A program made the position numbers and the translations under genes. A stretch of DNA of 64,000 bases, taken from assembly GCA_944382775.1 (NCBI GenBank), contig CALWNI010000001.1, forward strand, positions 56,104 through 120,103. Reading direction: 5' to 3'. This stretch comes from an uncultured Allofournierella sp. (GTDB lineage Bacteria > Bacillota > Clostridia > Oscillospirales > Ruminococcaceae). Under the pieces are notes generated by a model that made no database searches, was not told where the DNA came from, and saw only the letters and a list, made by a program, of their open reading frames with translations. Of this stretch, positions 1 to 9,449 are shown one piece after another (the stretch's first letter is position 1; the number at the start of each line of letters is the position of its first letter).

Positions 1-151
1 TTGCATCATCGATGGTATCGGAAATTTCTTTTGAGCGTTCATCTAACATTTTGGTAACAGGCCCAAACAGAACCTTTTTTAAGATGAAAACCAAAATGCC
101 AAGGTTAATAAATACCCAAATGATTTCCCAATTCAGGTTTAAAATATCCAC
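1..151 (-). CDS. atpF: F0F1 ATP synthase subunit b (5' part; runs off the window)
   Basis: Manual translation from GTG at 151 gives MDILNLNWEIIWVFINLGILVFILKKVLFGPVTKMLDERSKEISDTIDDA, a typical subunit b N-terminus; follows atpE. Confidence 0.9.
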   Translation of the reverse strand, partial: MDILNLNWEIIWVFINLGILVFILKKVLFGPVTKMLDERSKEISDTIDDA

Positions 152-167
152 GGCTCATCGCCCCCGA

Positions 168-395
<228 letters not shown>

Positions 396-422
396 CTAAG
401 ATAACAACAAGTTTAAAAGTTT

Positions 423-1103
423 TTATTCAATGGCTTCGCCCAGGAACAAGGTGGTTAGGAATACAAATACCACAGCCTGGATTAGACCGTCGAATGCGTC
501 AAAGTAAAGACTGAGCGGAATGGGAACAATGGCCGGTACAACGATTTTAATTAGCTCCATAATAACAAAGGATGCAAAAACGTTGCCGAACAGTCGCATA
601 CAAAGCGACAACGGCCGAATGCCGATTTCCAATACATTTAGGGGAGCAACAATGGGCGAAGGTTCGGCAAATTTTTTCAAACCGCCCTTTAAGCCATTGA
701 TGCGGAAACTTGCCCCGTAAATCATTACCACCGAGATAAAGGCTAAGCCGGCAGTAACATTAAAATCCTTTGTGGGTGGTGTTAACCCTACAAATTCCGA
801 CAAGTTGGCAAAAGCCAAGTAGATACCCATGGTACCCAGATACGGTGCAAAACTGCGCCAGTGTTCACCAAGGTTTTGCTTGCAAAAGTTGTTGATGAAG
901 CCTACCAGCATTTCGGCTACCATTTGTTTGCGACCGGGTACCTTTTTCATGTTATGGGTAAGCCAAAGTGCAAGCGCCGTAATGGCAGCAATTAAAATCC
1001 AGCTTACTACTGTGGATTCCGGTACGGGGATACCGCCAAACAAAGGGATTTCAAACGCCGTTTTGTTTTGCAGTGCCGCAGTAAGTTCTTCTTTGATGTT
1101 CAA
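423..1103 (-). CDS. atpB: F0F1 ATP synthase subunit a
   Basis: PPTKDFNVT, RPLSLCMRLFGN (essential Arg) and IQAVVFVFLT motifs; TTG start. Confidence 0.96.
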   Translation of the reverse strand: MNIKEELTAALQNKTAFEIPLFGGIPVPESTVVSWILIAAITALALWLTHNMKKVPGRKQMVAEMLVGFINNFCKQNLGEHWRSFAPYLGTMGIYLAFANLSEFVGLTPPTKDFNVTAGLAFISVVMIYGASFRINGLKGGLKKFAEPSPIVAPLNVLEIGIRPLSLCMRLFGNVFASFVIMELIKIVVPAIVPIPLSLYFDAFDGLIQAVVFVFLTTLFLGEAIE

Positions 1104-1131
1104 ATAGATTTCCCCCCTTTGCTACTTGCCT

Positions 1132-1160
1132 ATTTTATATGGTAAGAATGGATAGAACAA
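1132..1160 (-). promoter_or_regulatory. Putative sigmaA promoter of the atp operon (weak -35)
   Basis: Minus strand TTGTTC-17nt-TAAAAT upstream of atpB. Confidence 0.5.
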
Positions 1161-1168
1161 GGCTTACG

Positions 1169-1186
1169 AAAGTAAAAAAAGTAAAA
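1169..1186 (-). repeat. Tandem 9-bp direct repeat (TTTTACTTT x2), candidate response-regulator site
   Basis: Plus strand AAAGTAAAA at 1169-1177 and 1178-1186, degenerate third copy at 1187-1195; 8 bp upstream of the atp -35. Confidence 0.45.
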
Positions 1187-1297
1187 AAAACAAGAGAAAA
1201 AAAGATGGTGGAAAAGTCATGGGATATTGCACAATAGCTCTGCTCAAATGGGTAAAAAAAGAGGCAACAATACCAGGTTTGCTCTACCTAGTCTAAA

Positions 1298-1326
1298 TTG
1301 AGCAAAACTCTATAATATGGTATGAT
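1298..1326 (+). promoter_or_regulatory. Putative sigmaA promoter of the two-component operon
   Basis: TTGAGC-17nt-TATGAT with extended -10 TG. Confidence 0.55.
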
Positions 1327-1350
1327 AACAAACAGATAGGAGGAAGAACG

Positions 1351-2988
1351 ATGACAAGCAAATGGCTTTCGCGTGTGCGGCGCACCTTGCGGGCACAGCT
1401 TTATCTATTAAGCGTACTGGGCATTGCAATTGCCTTGTTGTTGGCAATGGGCAGCAGTTTATGGTTAAATGTGTCCAACAGCTACCGATTGATGGACCAG
1501 CATATGAAAGAGGTTGCGGCAATGCTGGCAAAAACACAGCAGGTACAGCAAGCCATTGATAACCCCGAGCATCAACAAGACTTGGAACAGTTGCTGCAAA
1601 ACATAGCGGAGCAGATGCAAGACTTGGACATGGTTGCGGTTGTGGATGCCGGTGGAAGTATATTGGCGGTAGGCAGCATTGAAAGTAAAATTAAAGAGAT
1701 TGCCCTACCGGTATTGGAAGGCGATGAAGGGGCCGTATTTTTAAAAGATGGACAATCGGAAGAGGGCATGGAGCGATGTGCCTATGCCAAGATATACAGC
1801 AGCGACGGAACCCTGAAAGGATTTGTAATTGCAGGCGTATATATGCGCGCGGTGTATAAAACCGTTGTTTGGATGGTGTTACAGTATCTGTTGATTGCCT
1901 TTGTGGCCTTGGGCATTGGTGCCGTTCTGGCGCATCGCTTGGCGAGTTATATTAAAAGCGAGCTGCAAGGCTATGAGCCGGACGCCTTTCGTGAATTGCT
2001 GGCACAGCGTACCGAGATATGGGATGCCTTGGAAGAAGGTGTTATGGCCATTGATAAACAGGAAAATATTATCTATTTAAACGCAGCGGCAAAGGAAATG
2101 CTGCATCTGAATACGGTGCAGCCAATCGGAAAGTCGCTGCACGAGGTGTATCCCGCCAGCACGTTGGGTCGGGTATTGCGAAGTGGTCAAGCAGAATACA
2201 GCATCCCCATGAAATCGTTAGCGGATGCCAAGGTGCTTTCGGACCGTATGCCCATTATGCGCAATGGAACAATCATGGGGGCGGTGGCAATTTTCCGCAA
2301 CCGAACCGAAGTAACCAAAATGGCGGAAGATTTAACGGGCGTGCGGCATATTGTGGAGGCACTGCGTGCTAATACCCATGAGTTTATGAACAAGCTGCAT
2401 GTAATTTTAGGACTGCTTCAGCTGGAGGAATACCAGGAAGCCGAGCGGTATGTGCTGGAACTAACCAAGGTTCGGGCGCAGTCCATGGGCGGAATTACCG
2501 AGCGGATTCAAGAGCCTGCGGTGGCGGCTTTGTTAATTGGAAAATTGAGTAGGGCACAGGAGCAGCAGGTAGTTTTTAAATTGGATTCTGCCAGCCGTTT
2601 TCCCCATCAAAGCCGCTGCTTGCCGGAAGATGCCATGATTTCGGTGCTGGGAAACTTGATTGAAAATGCCTTTGATTCCTTTCGGCATGTGGCGAGCGGT
2701 GCCTTGCGGGAAGTGGAAGTATATATCATGGAAGAAGCCGAAAAAGGCTTGCTGATTTGTGTGGAAGATACCGGGTCGGGCATTACCCCGGCGGTGGAAG
2801 AGCGCATGTTTGAGCGAGGATTTTCCACAAAAGGAAAAGATCGTGGAACCGGCTTGGCGTTGGTACAGGAGATTGTACAGGCATACGGCGGAACCATGCG
2901 GGTGGAATCCACCCCGGGAATGGGCACCACCTTTACCATTAACATTCCCATTCAAAAGGAGGGAGAAGAACCGTGTATCAAGTTGTAA
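1351..2988 (+). CDS. CitA/DcuS-family sensor histidine kinase
   Basis: Two TM helices around a short extracellular domain, PAS domain, family H-box LRANTHEFMNKLHVILGLL, GNLIENAFD, DTGSGI, GFSTKG, GTGLALV. Confidence 0.92.
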   Translation: MTSKWLSRVRRTLRAQLYLLSVLGIAIALLLAMGSSLWLNVSNSYRLMDQHMKEVAAMLAKTQQVQQAIDNPEHQQDLEQLLQNIAEQMQDLDMVAVVDAGGSILAVGSIESKIKEIALPVLEGDEGAVFLKDGQSEEGMERCAYAKIYSSDGTLKGFVIAGVYMRAVYKTVVWMVLQYLLIAFVALGIGAVLAHRLASYIKSELQGYEPDAFRELLAQRTEIWDALEEGVMAIDKQENIIYLNAAAKEMLHLNTVQPIGKSLHEVYPASTLGRVLRSGQAEYSIPMKSLADAKVLSDRMPIMRNGTIMGAVAIFRNRTEVTKMAEDLTGVRHIVEALRANTHEFMNKLHVILGLLQLEEYQEAERYVLELTKVRAQSMGGITERIQEPAVAALLIGKLSRAQEQQVVFKLDSASRFPHQSRCLPEDAMISVLGNLIENAFDSFRHVASGALREVEVYIMEEAEKGLLICVEDTGSGITPAVEERMFERGFSTKGKDRGTGLALVQEIVQAYGGTMRVESTPGMGTTFTINIPIQKEGEEPCIKL

Positions 2989-3647
2989 TTGTAGAAGATG
3001 ACCCAATGGTGGCCATGCTAAACCGCCGTTACACCGAAAAGGATACCCGTTTTACGGTGGTGAAAGAGTTTAAAACAGGCCAATCTGCCTTGGACTATTT
3101 GCGGTTTCATCCGGTTGACCTGGTCATTTTGGATATGTATATGCCCCAGATGAACGGTTTGGACGTATTGCGGGAATTGCGAAGTGCAGGTGTGGGTGTG
3201 GATGTGATTATGATTACCGCAGCACGCGATACTGCAACGGTGGAAGCGGCCATGCGTTTGGGCGTTGTGGATTATTTAGTAAAGCCCTTTGAATACGAGC
3301 GATTCCGCCAAGCACTGGAAACCTTTGACCGCAGACGTGCTGCCATTCAAGGCGAGCGGGTAAACCAACAAGCCTTGGATGAGCTATTGCACCATACCGC
3401 AACAACGCCACCATCCACACAGGCGGTGCCCAAGGGATTGCAGGAAAAAACCTTGCAATATATACAAACCTATCTAAAGGAACAACACGAAGGAAAAACC
3501 TGTGACCAAATTGCCCAAGGTGTGGGATTATCGGTGGTTACGGTACGACATTATATGAGTTATTTGTCGCAAATGGGACAGGTGCAGTCCCAAGTCGATT
3601 ACAGCACAGGCGGTCGGCCCAGCGTGGTGTACTGGATTGAACAATAA
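2973..3647 (+). CDS. CitB/DcuR-family response regulator
   Basis: IVEDDPMVA, LDMYMP, ITAA, DYLVKPF receiver; VPKGLQEKTL and GLSVVTVRHY...GGRP output domain; overlaps the kinase stop. Confidence 0.92.
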   Translation: MYQVVIVEDDPMVAMLNRRYTEKDTRFTVVKEFKTGQSALDYLRFHPVDLVILDMYMPQMNGLDVLRELRSAGVGVDVIMITAARDTATVEAAMRLGVVDYLVKPFEYERFRQALETFDRRRAAIQGERVNQQALDELLHHTATTPPSTQAVPKGLQEKTLQYIQTYLKEQHEGKTCDQIAQGVGLSVVTVRHYMSYLSQMGQVQSQVDYSTGGRPSVVYWIEQ

Positions 3648-3703
3648 ATGTTGTTAAAATGGTAAGCCAATTATGGCAATGCACATTGACTTTATCGATT
3701 AAA

Positions 3704-3731
3704 ATCGTTATATTTAAGAAAATACAATGGT
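3704..3731. promoter_or_regulatory. ModE-type operator overlapping the moaA promoter
   Basis: ATCGTTATATT-N6-AATACAATGGT resembles the ModE box ATCGNTATATA-N6-TATATANCGAT; overlaps the -10 of TTGACT(3686)-17-TATATT(3709). Confidence 0.6.
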
Positions 3732-3784
3732 TTTTTTGACTGATAAAACAATGCCCCAAAAGGGTTGATAAAGGAAATAAATCG

Positions 3785-4750
3785 ATGATAGATCAATTTG
3801 GCAGAACAATCGACTATATGCGGATTTCGGTTACCGACCTCTGTAATTTGCGTTGCAAATATTGCATGCCGGAACCATTTGACTGGCTGAGTCACAGCGA
3901 AATTTTGTCTTACGAAGAGATTCTTCGCATTGCACAGGCTGCAATTCGGTTGGGAATTACTCATTTTAAGGTAACCGGCGGAGAACCCTTGGTGCGTAAG
4001 GATATTGTGCAATTCATTGGACGGCTTCGGGCCTTGCCGGGCTGCAAAGCGGTAACGCTTACAACAAACGGCGTGCTGCTTGGTGAGTTGGCACAGCCCC
4101 TAAAACAGGCGGGATTGGATGCGGTTAATATTAGCTTAGATACACCGGATGCAGACCGTTATGCACAAATCAGTGGGGTAGATGCCTTGCCAAAGGTGAT
4201 GCAGGGCATTGATGCGGCACTGGATGCAGGGCTAAAAACAAAGCTGAATTGTGTACTGCTGCAAGACACAAAAGACCAAGTAGTAGCATTGGCAGAGTTG
4301 GCAGAACATCGACCGCTGGATGTGCGGTTCATTGAATTGATGCCCATTGGAGAGGGGATGCAGGGCGGTGGATTTTCTCCGCAGCAAGCAAGAGCTTGTT
4401 TGCTTCAGCGTTGGCCCGACCTTCACCCCATCAACGAGCAGCGAGGTTATGGCCCTGCCCGTTACGAAGCAAGCGAAAAACTGATGGGTAGAATTGGTTG
4501 GATTGATGCAGTCAGCCATGGATTTTGCGAACAATGCAATCGAGTGCGCTTGACCTGCACAGGGCAGCTGAAACCGTGCCTTTGTTATGAAAGCGGCACC
4601 GACTTGCGTGCTTTAATTCGCAGCGGTGCAGGGGAAGAAACGCTATACAAAGCATTGCAGCAGGCGATTTATAAAAAGCCAAGTGCACACTGTTTTGCAC
4701 AGCAAGATGAAATTACCGAAAATAGAATCATGGCACAAATTGGAGGATAA
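3785..4750 (+). CDS. moaA: GTP 3',8-cyclase (Moco biosynthesis radical SAM enzyme)
   Basis: DQFGRTIDYMRISVTDLCNLRCKYCMP, TGGEP, CEQCNRVRLT...KPCL, C-terminal IGG. Confidence 0.97.
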   Translation: MIDQFGRTIDYMRISVTDLCNLRCKYCMPEPFDWLSHSEILSYEEILRIAQAAIRLGITHFKVTGGEPLVRKDIVQFIGRLRALPGCKAVTLTTNGVLLGELAQPLKQAGLDAVNISLDTPDADRYAQISGVDALPKVMQGIDAALDAGLKTKLNCVLLQDTKDQVVALAELAEHRPLDVRFIELMPIGEGMQGGGFSPQQARACLLQRWPDLHPINEQRGYGPARYEASEKLMGRIGWIDAVSHGFCEQCNRVRLTCTGQLKPCLCYESGTDLRALIRSGAGEETLYKALQQAIYKKPSAHCFAQQDEITENRIMAQIGG

Positions 4751-4754
4751 AACA

Positions 4755-5690
4755 ATGGGCGTTATAAAGGCGATTTGCATTTCGGAAGTACGGGGTGTAC
4801 AAAAAAAGCAGGTACCAAGTGCCATGTTTAACCCGGAATGGGGCATTGAAGGCGATGCCCATGGTGGAAACTGGCATCGACAGGTTAGTTTGCTGTCGTT
4901 TGATAAAATCGAGGCATTTCGTGCCAAGGGTGCAGAGATTGACTTTGGTGCCTTTGGTGAAAACTTGGTGGTGTCGGGATTTGATTTTCGGGCATTGCCG
5001 GTGGGAACTTTGCTGCGTTGTGGCGAAGTTTTGCTGGAGATGACACAAATCGGCAAAGAATGCCATACCCATTGCGAGATTTATAAGGTAATGGGCGACT
5101 GCATTATGCCCCGTGAAGGCGTGTTTGCACGGGTATTGCAGGGTGGCAAAATACAGGTTGGCGACACTATGGAAATTGAACCACGCAAAGCACCGCGGCC
5201 CTTTCAAGCGGCGGTTATCACCTTGTCGGATAAGAGCGTAAAAGGCGAGCGTGAGGACAAGAGTGGCCCCGCAATTGTGGAGCGTTTGCAGCAAGAGGGC
5301 TACGAAATTGCCGAAACTCTTTTGCTGGCAGATGAACAGGCAGTGCTGCAAAAGCAGTTGATTCGTTTGTGTGACCAAAGACAGTTGGATTTAATTTTGA
5401 CCACAGGCGGCACCGGATTTGCGCCCCGTGATGTTACCCCGGAGGCTACGCTGGCGGTGGCACATCGGCAGGCACCCGGCATTGCTGAGGCAATTCGGGC
5501 GGCAAGTATGCAGATTACACCGCGGGCTATGCTATCCCGTGGAGTGTCGGTAATTCGTGGTAAAACATTGATTATCAATCTGCCGGGCAGCCCCAAAGCA
5601 GTGGCAGAAAGCATGGATGTATTTTTGGATACCATTCCCCATGCATTGACCCTATTGCGTGGCCAAGGCGGCGAGTGTGCTCGCAAATAA
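4755..5690 (+). CDS. MOSC domain fused to MogA/MoaB molybdopterin adenylyltransferase
   Basis: N-terminal MOSC (GDAH...RQVSLL, GAFGENL, GKECH..C..GDCIMPREG); C-terminal MogA (EDKSGP, TTGGTGFAPRDVTPEAT, NLPGSPKA); GGAGG RBS before ATG 4755. Confidence 0.9.
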   Translation: MGVIKAICISEVRGVQKKQVPSAMFNPEWGIEGDAHGGNWHRQVSLLSFDKIEAFRAKGAEIDFGAFGENLVVSGFDFRALPVGTLLRCGEVLLEMTQIGKECHTHCEIYKVMGDCIMPREGVFARVLQGGKIQVGDTMEIEPRKAPRPFQAAVITLSDKSVKGEREDKSGPAIVERLQQEGYEIAETLLLADEQAVLQKQLIRLCDQRQLDLILTTGGTGFAPRDVTPEATLAVAHRQAPGIAEAIRAASMQITPRAMLSRGVSVIRGKTLIINLPGSPKAVAESMDVFLDTIPHALTLLRGQGGECARK

Positions 5691-5700
5691 AACGTAAGAA

Positions 5701-5734
5701 AAAATCCCCTCCGAGATTTCTCGGAGGGGATTTT
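5701..5734. terminator. Bidirectional intrinsic terminator
   Basis: AAAATCCCCTCCGAGA-TT-TCTCGGAGGGGATTTT between convergent genes. Confidence 0.85.
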
Positions 5735-5748
5735 GCTATTCTGGAATC

Positions 5749-8529
5749 TTACAGGTCAGAATGGTATTCTGCACAGGTGCATTTCTTCCACTTCAAACCG
5801 CTGCCACAGGGACAATCGTCGTTGCGGCCGATTTTGGTTACCTTTACAGGGCCGGAAGAACCGGTGCTCTTTACATTTCCGCTGGGAGTAGCAGCATCAC
5901 CGGCAGGCTTTGCAACCTGGGTACGCTGCATCATGGGCTGTTGCTGTTGTTCCAGCTTCAACTCTACGGTCAACAACATGCGAACGGTGTCTTCCTTGAT
6001 GCTGTCAACCATGGCGTCGAACATCTCAAAGCCTTCCATACGGTATTCAACAACGGGGTCACGCTGACCGTAGCTGCGCAGATAGATGCCTTGACGCAAC
6101 TGGTCCATGCTGTCGATGTGGTCCATCCACTTGCTGTCTACGTTGCGCAGCAGGCAGATGCGCTCCAGCTCACGCATGATTTCGGCACCGTAGCGGCTTT
6201 CCTTGCTGTCCAAAATCTGATTGCCACGGTCCAGCAGAACATTGGCAACGTCGGTTTTGGTCAACTTAGCCAGCTCGTCAGATTCGTAATGGAAATCGCT
6301 TTCGCTGGTGAGCCAGCCCAGATAATGGCGGCGCAGGGCAGCCAAATCCCACTCGGTGGACTTATCACCGGCACAGAAGCTTTGTACGCTGGCGTTGATG
6401 TTGTCGCTCAGCATAGTGCGCAGGGTGTTCTTCAAATCGTCGCCGTTTAATACCTTGCGGCGCTGACCATAGATGATTTCGCGCTGCTTGTTCATAACGT
6501 CGTCAAACTGAAGCACGTTTTTACGGATGCTGAAGTTTTGGCCTTCCAGCTTCTTCTGTGCGCTTTCGATGGTGTTGGTAATCATCTTGTTCTCGATGGG
6601 GGTGTCTTCGTCCAGACCCAGTGTATCCATCAAAGACTGAACACGCTCACCGCCAAACAGACGCATCAGGTCGTCTTCCAAGCTCAGGAAGAAACGAGAG
6701 GAACCGGGGTCGCCCTGACGACCGGAACGACCACGCAGCTGGTTGTCGATACGGCGGCTTTCGTGACGCTCGGTACCAATGATATACAAACCGCCGGCAG
6801 CACGCACTTCTTCGGCTTCCTTGGCAATTTCAGCTTTGTGTTCGTCCAAAAGCTGTTTGAAACGGGCGCGAATTGCCAGAATATCGGCGTTATCGGTTTC
6901 GGCGTGGCTGTCGGATTCGGCAATCAGAGCTTCATCATAGCCCTCTTTGCGCAGCTGAGCTTTTGCCATGTATTCGGCGTTACCGCCCAGCATAATGTCA
7001 GTACCACGGCCTGCCATGTTGGTGGCAATGGTAACGGCATTCTTTTTGCCGGCCTGTGCAATGATTTCGGCTTCTTTTTCGTGATTCTTGGCGTTCAGCA
7101 CGTTGTGCTTAATGCCCTGACGGCTCAGCAGCTTGCTGATCAGTTCGCTCTTTTCGATGCTTACGGTACCAACCAGAACCGGCTGACCTTTTTCGTGGCA
7201 CTCAATTACCTGGCGAACCACAGCGTCGTACTTGCCCTTTACGGTTTTGTATACGCTGTCCGGCTCGTCCTTACGCAGGTTGGGCTTGTTGGTGGGTACG
7301 GTAACAATGTGCAAACCGTAAATCTCGATGAATTCATCGGCTTCGGTTTTTGCAGTACCGGTCATACCAGCCAGCTTTTCGTACATGCGGAAGTAGTTCT
7401 GGAAGGTAATGGTGGCCAGGGTTTTGCTTTCGGCGGCAACCTTTACGCCTTCCTTTGCTTCGATGGCTTGATGCAGACCCTCGTTGTAGCGGCGGCCAAT
7501 CATCAAACGGCCGGTGAATTCGTCAACAATGATAACTTCGCCATCGCGTACCACGTAGTCAATGTCGCGGCGCATAACGCCACGGGCTTTGATTGCCTGG
7601 TTGATGTGATGGGACAGGGTCATGTTGTTGGCATCGGAGAGGTTTTCCACATGGAAGTAAGCCTCGGCCTTTTTGATGCCGCGCTCGGTTAAGGTTGCGG
7701 TTTTGTGCTTTTCGTCCACAACATAATCGCCGTCAACCTGGTCGTCTTGCTCGGCTTTTTCGTCCAGCTCAACGATTTTGCTCATTTGCAGGGTTTTTAC
7801 AAAGGCATCGGCCTGCTGATACAGGCTGCTGGAATCGTCGCCCTTACCGCTGATAATCAAGGGGGTACGGGCTTCGTCGATTAAAATGCTGTCAACCTCG
7901 TCCACAATGGCAAAGTAATGACCGCGCTGCACCATGTTTTCTTTGTAAACAACCATGTTGTCACGCAGGTAGTCAAAACCAAACTCGTTGTTGGTACCGT
8001 AGGTGATGTCGGCGTTATAAGCCGCATGGCGTTGGTCGTTGCTCATGCCCTGCACAATCAGACCAACCGACAAACCCAGCCAACGGTACAGCTTGCCCAT
8101 TAACGCAGAGTCACGGCGAGCCAAGTAGTCGTTAACGGTAATAACGTGAACGCCTTTGCCGGTTAGGGCGTTTAAGTATACAGGCAGGGTTGCAACCAGC
8201 GTTTTACCTTCACCGGTTTGCATTTCGGCAATGCAGGCACGGTGCAGGGCAATACCACCGATAATCTGAACGGGGAAGTGCTTCATGCCCAGCACACGCC
8301 AGCTGGCTTCGCGGCAAACAGCAAAAGCGGTGGGCAAAATATCATCCAGGCTTTCGCCGTTTTCCAAACGCTGTTTCAGTGCAGGGGTCATTGCCTGCAA
8401 CTCAGCGTCAGACTTTTGCTCCATTTCAGCTTCCAGAGCCAAAACCTGGTCAGCAATGGGGCGGATACGTTTTAGCTCCTTATCCGAAAAGGAACCAAAG
8501 AGTTTCTCTAATAAACCCAAATCGATCAC
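5749..8529 (-). CDS. secA: Preprotein translocase subunit SecA
   Basis: [51 protein letters not shown]-terminal [17 protein letters not shown]; start may be TTG at 8520. Confidence 0.99.
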   Translation of the reverse strand: MIDLGLLEKLFGSFSDKELKRIRPIADQVLALEAEMEQKSDAELQAMTPALKQRLENGESLDDILPTAFAVCREASWRVLGMKHFPVQIIGGIALHRACIAEMQTGEGKTLVATLPVYLNALTGKGVHVITVNDYLARRDSALMGKLYRWLGLSVGLIVQGMSNDQRHAAYNADITYGTNNEFGFDYLRDNMVVYKENMVQRGHYFAIVDEVDSILIDEARTPLIISGKGDDSSSLYQQADAFVKTLQMSKIVELDEKAEQDDQVDGDYVVDEKHKTATLTERGIKKAEAYFHVENLSDANNMTLSHHINQAIKARGVMRRDIDYVVRDGEVIIVDEFTGRLMIGRRYNEGLHQAIEAKEGVKVAAESKTLATITFQNYFRMYEKLAGMTGTAKTEADEFIEIYGLHIVTVPTNKPNLRKDEPDSVYKTVKGKYDAVVRQVIECHEKGQPVLVGTVSIEKSELISKLLSRQGIKHNVLNAKNHEKEAEIIAQAGKKNAVTIATNMAGRGTDIMLGGNAEYMAKAQLRKEGYDEALIAESDSHAETDNADILAIRARFKQLLDEHKAEIAKEAEEVRAAGGLYIIGTERHESRRIDNQLRGRSGRQGDPGSSRFFLSLEDDLMRLFGGERVQSLMDTLGLDEDTPIENKMITNTIESAQKKLEGQNFSIRKNVLQFDDVMNKQREIIYGQRRKVLNGDDLKNTLRTMLSDNINASVQSFCAGDKSTEWDLAALRRHYLGWLTSESDFHYESDELAKLTKTDVANVLLDRGNQILDSKESRYGAEIMRELERICLLRNVDSKWMDHIDSMDQLRQGIYLRSYGQRDPVVEYRMEGFEMFDAMVDSIKEDTVRMLLTVELKLEQQQQPMMQRTQVAKPAGDAATPSGNVKSTGSSGPVKVTKIGRNDDCPCGSGLKWKKCTCAEYHSDL

Positions 8530-8606
8530 TCACATTCTATAAGAATAAAGGGAAGTACAGCTTACGGGTAAGCTGCATAGAATAGCCCATACTATGCTAT
8601 TCTAAT

Positions 8607-8635
8607 ATAATACATCAAGCTATGGCACATGTCAA
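8607..8635 (-). promoter_or_regulatory. Putative sigmaA promoter of secA
   Basis: TTGACA-17nt-TATTAT on the minus strand. Confidence 0.65.
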
Positions 8636-8754
8636 AGTAGGGGGTGAAAAAATGTTAATTTTTTTAAAAACCGATTGTTTTCGCTAAACATATAGTTATA
8701 ATAAATATATAATATAGTTTTTGAAACTACATAATACAAAAAGGGGGAGAGTGT

Positions 8755-9405
8755 ATGAGTCGTTATTTTGCAAAAGGGCGTGAGCCTATGAGTAGTTATA
8801 CGCATTTTTGGGGCGCAATTGGTGGATTGATTGCCACTGTTCTATTATTGGTACGCAGCTTGCTGAACAACAGCGGTGGTTTGATTGTGTTGGGGGTTGT
8901 GCTGTTTGGGGTATCGTTGGTTGCACTGTATTCGGCCAGCAGCATTTATCACTATGCCGTGTGTGCTGCAAAACCGCTGCGCCGTTTGCGCAAGCTGGAC
9001 CACGCAATGATTTATGTGCTGATTGCAGGCAGCTACACACCGTTTTGCATGGCATATATGCCCCAGGGAAAACGGGAAGTGTTTTTGCTTTGCCTGTGGA
9101 TTGCGGCGGCTTTGGGGATTGTGTTCAAGCTGGTTTGGCTGGATGCACCCCGTTGGATTGGCACCCTGATTTATCTGGCAATGGGTTGGTCAATTCTGGT
9201 GGATTTGCCTGCCTTCGCATCCATGCCATCGGCTTGCTTGGCCCTGGTGGCGGCCGGTGGTGTGAGTTATTCCGTTGGTGCAGTTTTTTATATTGCCAAG
9301 TGGCCCAACATTAACCGTCAATGGGGATTCCATGAACTGTTTCACCTGTTTATTTTAGCAGGAAGCCTGTTGCACTTTTTGGCGGTTTTTTTATTTGTAG
9401 CATAA
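8755..9405 (+). CDS. Hemolysin III / PAQR family membrane protein
   Basis: ASSIYH, LDHAMIYVLIAGSYTP, FHELFHLFILAGSLLHF metal-binding motifs; about 7 TM. Confidence 0.93.
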   Translation: MSRYFAKGREPMSSYTHFWGAIGGLIATVLLLVRSLLNNSGGLIVLGVVLFGVSLVALYSASSIYHYAVCAAKPLRRLRKLDHAMIYVLIAGSYTPFCMAYMPQGKREVFLLCLWIAAALGIVFKLVWLDAPRWIGTLIYLAMGWSILVDLPAFASMPSACLALVAAGGVSYSVGAVFYIAKWPNINRQWGFHELFHLFILAGSLLHFLAVFLFVA

Positions 9406-9445
9406 CAAAAGCGATGCTTGCAGCCTTTGCAAGCATCGCTTTTTT
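9406..9445. terminator. Bidirectional intrinsic terminator
   Basis: AAAAGCGATGCTTGCA...TGCAAGCATCGCTTTTT. Confidence 0.85.
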
Positions 9446-9449
9446 GTAC

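Noticed and set aside
4626-4754. Upstream extension of MOSC-MogA overlapping moaA (possible frameshift fusion)
   Set aside because: moaA ends in its canonical IGG-stop and a good RBS precedes ATG 4755
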